From UHGV virus genome UHGV-0337617: DNA of 22,339 bases; one strand, written 5' to 3'. The notes below the pieces were generated by a model. That model did not search any database and was not told the DNA's origin. It saw nothing but the letters and a program-made list of their open reading frames with translations. The stretch's first letter is position 1; every line of letters begins with the position of its first letter. Made by a program: the position numbers and the translations under genes. Positions 16,406 to 22,339 of the stretch are shown here, in pieces. The stretch comes from a virus.

Positions 16406-17401
16406 GTGACCGTGAGAGCACTGCTGACCCCTGAAATTGCCCCGCGTATGGGGATCGTCTTGTTCAGACCCGGTTCAGAGCTGATGCCCCTGTTTATGCA
16501 GGGGCGTGTCCTGCTGGAGCCTGAGCCGGAACGTTATTCATCTTTTGCCAGTGGTGCCGTTCCGGCAGCATCACAACCGCTGGCGGATGATCCTGCCGTT
16601 CGGGCCGTGTTCCGCCATGAGGCGGTGATCCGTCGTGCTGGTGGCGTGGAATGCCTTGAGAGCTGGTTACTTCGTGAAAAAGGCTGTCAGTGGCCTCATT
16701 CCGACTGGCACAGCGAGAACATGACCACAATGCGGCACGCGCCAGGCGCAATCCGTCTGTGCTGGCACTGTGACAATCTTCTCCGTGACCAGTTCACGGA
16801 ACGGCTGGAAGCAATGGCAACGGATAACTGTGCCCGCTGGGTGTTGTCTGTTGTGCGCCGTGATCTTGGTTTTGATGACAGTCACGTTGTGACAATGCCG
16901 GAACTGTGCTGGTGGCTGATTCGTAATGACCTGGCGGATGCCTTACCGGAAAGTGCAGCCCGTAAGGCACTGAGATTACCGAAGCCTGTTGTGCCGTCTG
17001 TCACCCGGGAAAGTGACCTTGTGCCTTCGGTTCCTGCCACCAGCATCATCCAGGATAAGGCGAAAAAGGTGCTGGCGCTGAAAGTGGATCCGGAGTCGCC
17101 GGAGTCTTTTATGTTACGCCCAAAACGTCGCCGCTGGGTTAATGAAAAGTACACGCGCTGGGTTAAGACGCAGCCGTGTGCATGTTGTGGTAAGCCAGCC
17201 GACGATCCTCATCACCTGATTGGTCATGGTCAGGGTGGAATGGGTACAAAAGCGCATGACCTTTTTGTGTTGCCTTTGTGCAGAAAACACCATGACGAAC
17301 TGCATGCGGATACCGTGGCATTTGAAGAGAAGTATGGTTCCCAACTGGAGCTGATATTTCGTTTTATCGATCGCGCGCTGGCGATTGGTGTGCTGTCCTG
17401 A
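16406..17401 (+). CDS. Hypothetical protein with C-terminal Cys/His zinc-binding cluster (possibly DUF968-like)
   Basis: 331 aa; C-terminal CACCGKP...HH...C..HH motif; lies in the nin-region position between replication genes and Q. Confidence 0.5.
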   Translation: MTVRALLTPEIAPRMGIVLFRPGSELMPLFMQGRVLLEPEPERYSSFASGAVPAASQPLADDPAVRAVFRHEAVIRRAGGVECLESWLLREKGCQWPHSDWHSENMTTMRHAPGAIRLCWHCDNLLRDQFTERLEAMATDNCARWVLSVVRRDLGFDDSHVVTMPELCWWLIRNDLADALPESAARKALRLPKPVVPSVTRESDLVPSVPATSIIQDKAKKVLALKVDPESPESFMLRPKRRRWVNEKYTRWVKTQPCACCGKPADDPHHLIGHGQGGMGTKAHDLFVLPLCRKHHDELHADTVAFEEKYGSQLELIFRFIDRALAIGVLS

Positions 17402-17418
17402 TTTTGTGGAGAAAGTTG

Positions 17419-17799
17419 ATGCGTGATATTCAGATGGTTCTTGAACGCTGGGGGGCATGGGCTGCAAGTGGTAACACCGGGGTGGACTATTCTCCGATCG
17501 CTGCCGGATTCAAAGGACTTTTACCATCTGCCACTAAACCACGTCCGGCCTGCTGCGATGATGACGGACTTATCATTGAAAACTGTCTTGCTCGTCTGAA
17601 GCAGAAAAAACCTGAGGAGTATTCGCTTCTCATTGCTCATTATTTGTTGCGAATATCAAAAAGACAGATAGCCAGGACGAGAAAGAAAAGCGAAAAAGCA
17701 ATACGAATTGAGATGCAGATAGCCGAAGGGTTTATTGACGGATGTTTGTCTGTGCTGGGGGTAAGACTGGAGATGGACGACTGGCTGCTAAAAAAGTAA
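17419..17799 (+). CDS. Q: Late-gene antiterminator Q-like protein
   Basis: MRDIQMVLERWGAWAASGNTGVDYS...AGFKGLL... resembles the phage antitermination Q family; GGAGAAAG RBS; terminator about 70 bp downstream. Confidence 0.65.
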   Translation: MRDIQMVLERWGAWAASGNTGVDYSPIAAGFKGLLPSATKPRPACCDDDGLIIENCLARLKQKKPEEYSLLIAHYLLRISKRQIARTRKKSEKAIRIEMQIAEGFIDGCLSVLGVRLEMDDWLLKK

Positions 17800-17870
17800 A
17801 AAATGATTAGTGCGGTCCGCAAAAAGTATGTCAGTATGTTAAGAGTGGTTACTTCGCCACACAGCTTAAA

Positions 17871-17892
17871 CCCGCCGCGAGCGGGTTTTTTT
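17871..17892 (+). terminator. Intrinsic terminator downstream of Q (tR'-like)
   Basis: CCCGC-CGCGA-GCGGG hairpin followed by TTTTTTT. Confidence 0.6.
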
Positions 17893-18014
17893 ATGGCTGA
17901 AATCGGTCCAGTACAGTAAACGTGCTGGTGGCGGTGAATACCTGTCTTTCAGCTTGCTGGCTTTTTCGACAAGAGTTATTGGTGTGTCACGTTAACCGAA
18001 AAAGGGAAAAAGAC

Positions 18015-18212
18015 ATGCTGAAACAGCAGGATATGACAGAAACCGCCAGAGTGGTGTTTAATGAATTAAGCGTCACCGAACCGGCGACAGTCGGGGAGAT
18101 TGCGCAGAATACTTACCTTTCACGCGAACGCTGCCAGTTAATACTGACCCAGCTGGTTATGGCGGGTCTGGCAGACTATCAGTTCGGTTGTTACAGACGC
18201 CTTCCGCAGTGA
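18015..18212 (+). CDS. Hypothetical small DNA-binding-like protein (65 aa from internal Met)
   Basis: AAGGGA RBS; possible winged-helix segment (VGEIAQNTYLSRERCQLILTQLVMAGL). Confidence 0.4.
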   Translation: MLKQQDMTETARVVFNELSVTEPATVGEIAQNTYLSRERCQLILTQLVMAGLADYQFGCYRRLPQ

Positions 18213-18363
18213 AGGCTTTTTTATTTGTGGTAAATGGGCGGCTGGTGGGTGTTAGGGGCACCCACCAGCCATCTGCTCATGCGTTGGGGTCACAAGCAAA
18301 CCTCAGGCCCATCTGCTTTGCGCAAAAGCGGTATGAGCCTATCAGAGAAGTGCTTATTGATCT

Positions 18364-19413
18364 ATGGCTAATACTGTAAAAATATCCAGTTGTGAGTTAA
18401 TCAACGCCGACTGCCTGGAATTTATCCGGTCGTTACCCGAAAATTCTGTTGACCTGATAGTCACGGACCCGCCGTACTTTAAAGTGAAGCCTGAGGGCTG
18501 GGATAACCAGTGGAAGGGCGACGATGATTACCTGAAGTGGCTGGACCAGTGTCTGGCGCAGTTCTGGCGGGTGCTGAAACCTGCCGGAAGTCTTTACCTG
18601 TTCTGTGGTCATCGCCTGGCATCTGATATCGAAATCATGATGCGTGAACGCTTCAGTGTGCTGAACCATATTATCTGGGCGAAGCCGTCCGGACGCTGGA
18701 ACGGATGCAACAAGGAAAGCCTGCGGGCGTATTTCCCCGCCACAGAGCGCATTCTGTTCGCGGAACATTATCAGGGGCCGTATCGTCCGAAAGATGCCGG
18801 GTATGAGGCGAAGGGCAGGGCACTGAAACAGCATGTGATGGCCCCGCTGATTGCTTACTTTCGTGATGCGCGCGCTGCCCTGGGGATAACGGCAAAACAG
18901 ATTGCAGATGCCACAGGAAAGAAAAACATGGTGCCGCACTGGTTCAGTGCCAGTCAGTGGCAGCTACCGAACGAAAGCGATTATCTGAAATTACAGTCGC
19001 TGTTTGCCCGGGTGGCAGAAGAGAAACATCAGCGCGGGGAACTGGAAAAGCCACACCACCAGCTGGTCAGCACATACAGTGAGCTGAACCGGCAGTATAT
19101 GGAACTGCTGAGTGAATATAAAAATTTGCGGCGGTATTTCGGTGTGACGGTGCAGGTGCCGTACACCGATGTGTGGACGTATAAACCGGTGCAGTACTAT
19201 CCAGGGAAACATCCGTGCGAAAAACCGGCAGAAATGCTGCAGCAGATAATCAGCGCAAGTAGTCGTCCTGGTGATCTGGTTGCGGATTTTTTCATGGGGT
19301 CGGGTTCAACGGTAAAAGCGGCGATGGCACTGGGGCGTCGTGCGATTGGTGTTGAGCTGGAGACCGGACGTTTTGAGCAGACAGTCAGGGAAGTTCAGGA
19401 TTTAATCGTTTGA
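18364..19413 (+). CDS. DNA methyltransferase (N6-adenine or N4-cytosine, beta class), apparently orphan
   Basis: DPPY motif near N-terminus (LIVTDPPYF) and FxGxG motif near C-terminus (DFFMGSGST); no adjacent restriction endonuclease ORF. Confidence 0.8.
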   Translation: MANTVKISSCELINADCLEFIRSLPENSVDLIVTDPPYFKVKPEGWDNQWKGDDDYLKWLDQCLAQFWRVLKPAGSLYLFCGHRLASDIEIMMRERFSVLNHIIWAKPSGRWNGCNKESLRAYFPATERILFAEHYQGPYRPKDAGYEAKGRALKQHVMAPLIAYFRDARAALGITAKQIADATGKKNMVPHWFSASQWQLPNESDYLKLQSLFARVAEEKHQRGELEKPHHQLVSTYSELNRQYMELLSEYKNLRRYFGVTVQVPYTDVWTYKPVQYYPGKHPCEKPAEMLQQIISASSRPGDLVADFFMGSGSTVKAAMALGRRAIGVELETGRFEQTVREVQDLIV

Positions 19414-19462
19414 AACGGATGAGATTGCAGTATTAATTCCGTAACGTTATTATTCCGCGCGC

Positions 19463-19538
19463 GGCCCTTTAGCTCAGTGGTGAGAGCGAGCGACTCATAA
19501 TCGCCAGGTCGCTGGTTCAAATCCAGCAAGGGCCACCA
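19463..19538 (+). tRNA. tRNA with CAT anticodon (Ile2/Met type; ileZ-like)
   Basis: Hand-folded cloverleaf: acceptor GGCCCTT/AAGGGCC, D-stem GCTC/GAGC, anticodon loop CTCATAA, T-arm GCTGG-TTCAAAT-CCAGC, 3' CCA. Confidence 0.8.
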
Positions 19539-19547
19539 TATCACATA

Positions 19548-19624
19548 CCGCCATTAGCTCATCGGGATAGAGCGCCAGCCTTCGAAGCTGGTTGCGCGGG
19601 GTTCGAGTCCTCGATGGCGGTCCA
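19548..19624 (+). tRNA. tRNA-Arg (anticodon TCG; argN-like)
   Basis: Acceptor CCGCCAT/ATGGCGG, anticodon stem CCAGC/GCTGG with loop CTTCGAA, T-arm CGGGG-TTCGAGT-CCTCG, 3' CCA. Confidence 0.8.
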
Positions 19625-19637
19625 TTATCTGTACCCT

Positions 19638-19714
19638 GCGTTGTTAGCTCAGCCGGACAGAGCAATTGCCTTCTAAGCAATCGGTCACTGGTTCGAATCC
19701 AGTACAACGCGCCA
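19638..19714 (+). tRNA. tRNA-Arg (anticodon TCT; argO-like)
   Basis: Acceptor GCGTTGT/ACAACGC, anticodon loop CTTCTAA, T-arm ACTGG-TTCGAAT-CCAGT, 3' CCA. Confidence 0.8.
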
Positions 19715-19728
19715 GACTTATTTTTCCC

Positions 19729-19753
19729 GGCTCGCTTTTGCGGGCCTTTTTTT
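19729..19753 (+). terminator. Putative intrinsic terminator after the tRNA cluster
   Basis: GGCTCGC-TTTT-GCGGGCC hairpin (one G-U pair) followed by TTTTTTT. Confidence 0.5.
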
Positions 19754-19952
19754 AAATGTCTCACAATTCAGACGGTTGACAGTTGTCTGTTTTGCGGGGA
19801 GTTTGTTAAAAGAAACTGGCATGGTGAATCCCCCTGTGCGGAGGGGCAATCAGCGAGTAGGTATATGGGATAATCGCGGATTCAGGTGCTGGTACTGAAT
19901 TCACCGGGAGGCACCCGGCACCATGCAGTTGACTGAAACCATGTATACTCTC

Positions 19953-19983
19953 AGGCCCCACGCACATGTGTTGGGGCCTTTTT
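19953..19983 (+). terminator. Putative intrinsic terminator upstream of the lysis cassette
   Basis: GGCCCCA / TGGGGCC perfect 7-bp stem with 11-nt loop, followed by TTTTT. Confidence 0.5.
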
Positions 19984-20154
19984 ACATGCAAAAAAAAGCC
20001 CGCATATGGATACGGGCGGCAAGGAACAAAAAACGTGAAGTGATCTATTCAGCCAGTGGATAATACCCTGACGTTACCATATTGCGCAATCGCGCATTCT
20101 TTCTTTTTCGCTCCCCTTATAACTACGCCATCCGTTCGCTGCGGAGGTGAGGCT

Positions 20155-20370
20155 ATGAAATCCATGGATAAAATTTCAACGGGCATTGCCTACGGCACCT
20201 CCGCAGGCAGTGCTGGCTACTGGTTTTTACAGTGGCTTGATCAGGTCAGTCCGTCACAGTGGGCTGCGATTGGTGTACTGGGGAGTCTGGTTCTGGGCTT
20301 CCTGACATATCTGACTAACCTGTATTTCAAAATCAGAGAGGACCGTCGTAAGGCTGCACGGGGAGAGTAA
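20155..20370 (+). CDS. S: Class II holin (phage 21 S-like pinholin), 71 aa with dual-start motif
   Basis: [71 protein letters not shown] matches phage 21 S as recalled; GGAGGTGA RBS; two TM segments. Confidence 0.8.
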   Translation: MKSMDKISTGIAYGTSAGSAGYWFLQWLDQVSPSQWAAIGVLGSLVLGFLTYLTNLYFKIREDRRKAARGE

Positions 20371-20374
20371 TTCA

Positions 20375-20725
20375 ATGACTCAAAACTATGAACTGATTGT
20401 GAAAGGGATCCGCAATTTTGAGAATAAAGTTACGGTAACTTTAGCGTTACGGGACAAAAAACGCTTTGACGGTGAAATTTTTGACCTGGACATCTCGCTG
20501 GACCGTGTTGAAGGTGCCGCGCTGGGGTTTTATGAGGCAGCAGCCAGAAGGAGCATCAGACAGGTCTTCCTGGATGTTGCTGCCGGGTTATGTGAAGGGG
20601 ATGAGCAGCCGCCGGAAAAGCGCCCCGTAATTTTAGAGGCGCAGAATGTGTGGATAACCTACAAAGGAAAGCTACCAGGAAGAATTACTGGTTCTCTGAA
20701 GACTCCTCCGGAATCACAACCTTAA
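20375..20725 (+). CDS. Hypothetical protein (116 aa) inserted between holin and endolysin
   Basis: GGAGAG RBS; starts 5 nt after holin stop; no recognised family. Confidence 0.5.
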   Translation: MTQNYELIVKGIRNFENKVTVTLALRDKKRFDGEIFDLDISLDRVEGAALGFYEAAARRSIRQVFLDVAAGLCEGDEQPPEKRPVILEAQNVWITYKGKLPGRITGSLKTPPESQP

Positions 20726-20788
20726 GTCACTGACCGGAACAGATAAACCTGTCCGTGGGCAGAAACCGATAAATCCTGATAAATATCC

Positions 20789-21322
20789 ATGAACGCAAAA
20801 ATCAGATACGGCCTGTCGGCTGCCGTTCTGGCACTGATTGCCGTCGGTGCGCCCGCGCCTGATATTCTCGACCAGTTTCTGGATGAAAAAGAAGGTAACC
20901 ACACAACGGCATACCGCGATGGGTCCGGCATCTGGACCATCTGTCGGGGTGCCACGATGGTGGATGGAAAACCCGTTTTTCCCGGTATGAAACTGTCGAA
21001 GGAAAAATGCGACCAGGTCAACGCCATTGAGCGTGATAAGGCGCTGGCATGGGTGGAGCGCAATATTAAAGTACCACTGACTGAACCACAAAAAGCGGGT
21101 ATCGCGTCATTTTGTCCCTATAACATTGGCCCCGGTAAGTGTTTTCCGTCGACGTTTTATAAGCGGCTGAATGCCGGTGATCGTAAGGGCGCATGCGAGG
21201 CGATTCGCTGGTGGATAATAGATGGTGGGCGCGATTGCCGCATACGTTCAAATAACTGCTATGGACAGGTTATTCGTCGTGACCAGGAAAGCGCATTAGC
21301 CTGTTGGGGGATAGATCAGTGA
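20789..21322 (+). CDS. R: SAR (signal-anchor-release) endolysin, lysozyme-like
   Basis: N-terminal Gly/Ala-rich weakly hydrophobic segment ([17 protein letters not shown]) then E-x8-D-x5-T catalytic pattern ([16 protein letters not shown]); follows the pinholin. Confidence 0.8.
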   Translation: MNAKIRYGLSAAVLALIAVGAPAPDILDQFLDEKEGNHTTAYRDGSGIWTICRGATMVDGKPVFPGMKLSKEKCDQVNAIERDKALAWVERNIKVPLTEPQKAGIASFCPYNIGPGKCFPSTFYKRLNAGDRKGACEAIRWWIIDGGRDCRIRSNNCYGQVIRRDQESALACWGIDQ

Positions 21323-21783
21323 GCAGAGTCGCCGCGATTATTTATGCTCTGGTTATCTGCATCATCGTCTGCCTGTCGTGGGCGGTCAATCATTACCGTG
21401 ATAACGCCATCGCCTACAAAGAACAGCGTGATAAAAAAGTCAGTGAGCTGAAGCTGGCGATCGCCACCATCGCTGACATGCAGCAGCGTCAGCGTGATGT
21501 TGCTGCGCTCGATGCAAAGTACTCGAGAGAATTAGCCAATGCGAAAGCTGAAAATGAAACTCTGCGCGCTGATGTTGCCGCTGGTCGTCGTCGGTTGCAC
21601 ATCAAAGCAGTCTGTCAGTCAGTGCGTGAAGCCACCACCGCCTCCGGCGTGGATAATGCAACCAGCCCCCGACTGGAAGACACCGCTGAACGGGATTATT
21701 TCACCCTCAGAGAGCGGCTGATGACGATGCAGATGCAACTGGAAGGGGCACAGGAGTATATCCGCACTCAGTGCATTAAGTAG
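21319..21783 (+). CDS. Rz: Rz (inner-membrane spanin), GTG start
   Basis: Near-identical to lambda Rz as recalled ([31 protein letters not shown]...); GTGA overlap with endolysin stop. Confidence 0.75.
   Translation: MSRVAAIIYALVICIIVCLSWAVNHYRDNAIAYKEQRDKKVSELKLAIATIADMQQRQRDVAALDAKYSRELANAKAENETLRADVAAGRRRLHIKAVCQSVREATTASGVDNATSPRLEDTAERDYFTLRERLMTMQMQLEGAQEYIRTQCIK
21539..21721 (+). CDS. Rz1: Rz1 (outer-membrane lipoprotein spanin) embedded in Rz in the +1 frame
   Basis: Lipobox VVGC, proline-rich PPPPPAW; matches lambda Rz1 as recalled. Confidence 0.65.
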   Translation: MRKLKMKLCALMLPLVVVGCTSKQSVSQCVKPPPPPAWIMQPAPDWKTPLNGIISPSESG

Positions 21784-21825
21784 CCTTTTTATCGTGGTAA
21801 ACATTTCGCAGGGTATGAGGTATTT

Positions 21826-22176
21826 ATGCCATCACTAATCCCACGTGCCTGCCGTAAGCGTGGATGTGCAGGAACAACCACAGACAGTTCTGGTTACTGC
21901 GATAAACATCGTGGCGAAGGATGGGTACAGCATCAACGAGGACTGAGTCGCCACCAGCGTGGCTATGGTTCGAAATGGGATGCCATACGTGCGCGCATAC
22001 TGAAGCGTGATAATCATCTGTGTCAGAACTGCCTGCGCAATGGGAGAGCCGTTGAAGCCAGAACTGTGGACCACATCATTCCGAAAGCTCATGGTGGCAC
22101 AGATGCAGACAGTAACCTGCAGAGTCTGTGCTGGCCCTGTCATAAAGCAAAAACAGCGCGCGAACGCATCAATTGA
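21826..22176 (+). CDS. HNH endonuclease
   Basis: 116 aa; HNH motif DHIIPKAHGG...N...LCWPCH plus N-terminal Cys cluster; GAGGT RBS. Confidence 0.75.
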   Translation: MPSLIPRACRKRGCAGTTTDSSGYCDKHRGEGWVQHQRGLSRHQRGYGSKWDAIRARILKRDNHLCQNCLRNGRAVEARTVDHIIPKAHGGTDADSNLQSLCWPCHKAKTARERIN

Positions 22177-22339
22177 TAACAGTTCCCATCTGTAGGGGAG
22201 GGGCGGGTCAAATCTCTGCAACCCTGGCTGCTCAGTACCGCCGCCTGAGTGATCCGTTTCTGCTGACGAACTGCTTCAAGAGCCATCGCGGCAACCATTT
22301 CGATTTCGCTCATTGGCTTACGGATCTGTTCTTCCAGTT
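22140..22339 (-). CDS. 3' portion of a Rha-like gene on the minus strand (5' end beyond the window)
   Basis: 22244-22339 is the exact reverse complement of 10741-10836 (...ELEEQIRKPMSEIEMVAAMALEAVRQQKRITQ), then diverges and stops at 22140; overlaps the HNH 3' end by 37 nt. Confidence 0.35.
   Translation of the reverse strand, partial: LEEQIRKPMSEIEMVAAMALEAVRQQKRITQAAVLSSQGCRDLTRPSPTDGNCYQLMRSRAVFAL

Noticed and set aside
14946-16421. Several minus-strand ORFs (14946..15134, 15131..15688, 15217..15600, 15710..15988, 15930..16421)
   Set aside because: All are antisense to the helicase and the following gene, with GC-rich skewed composition typical of shadow ORFs.
18433-18939. 168-aa minus-strand ORF and 18671..18895 ORF
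   Set aside because: Antisense to the methyltransferase, whose motifs are well supported.
19776-19804. Possible late promoter (TTGACA, 17-bp spacer, GAGTTT)
   Set aside because: Perfect -35 hexamer but a poor -10; not enough to call a promoter without transcript data.
19495-19873. ORFs 19495..19764 (-) and 19592..19873 (+)
   Set aside because: They overlap the three tRNA genes and terminators.
20056-20154. N-terminal extension of the holin ORF
   Set aside because: No RBS, and the downstream Met at 20155 has a strong RBS and gives the expected 71-aa pinholin.
21835-22221. 128-aa minus-strand ORF
   Set aside because: Antisense to the HNH gene and in a different frame from the Rha-like coding sequence defined by the inverted repeat.
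1-22339. CRISPR arrays, IS elements/transposases, toxin genes (stx)
   Set aside because: No spacer-repeat arrays, no transposase-like ORF or terminal inverted repeats flanking one, and no ORF at the expected toxin position.

Overview
This window reads as one contiguous lambdoid temperate phage (enterobacterial-type) in phage-map order, covering the tail-fibre end through integration, immunity, replication and lysis modules. Left to right: 3' end of a repeat-rich tail fibre gene, two small ORFs and a C-terminal remnant of a tail fibre assembly (Tfa) gene; a DinI-like gene with LexA boxes; an attP-like repeat cluster, tyrosine integrase and excisionase; a tightly packed leftward operon of unknowns including an SPFH lipoprotein plus small membrane protein; an accessory cluster next to the repressor; a cI-like S24 repressor flanked by two tripartite operator sets; two Rha-family genes; O-like initiator, DnaC-like loader and DnaB-like helicase; a Q-like antiterminator with terminator; an orphan DNA methyltransferase; three tRNAs (CAT, TCG, TCT); and a lysis cassette (pinholin, inserted unknown ORF, SAR endolysin, Rz/Rz1) followed by an HNH endonuclease. 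No CRISPR array, toxin genes or transposase were seen. The most interesting candidates for undescribed function are the accessory genes beside the repressor, the SPFH pair, and the ORF inserted inside the lysis cassette. All calls rest on reading the sequence and remembered protein families; no database search was run.
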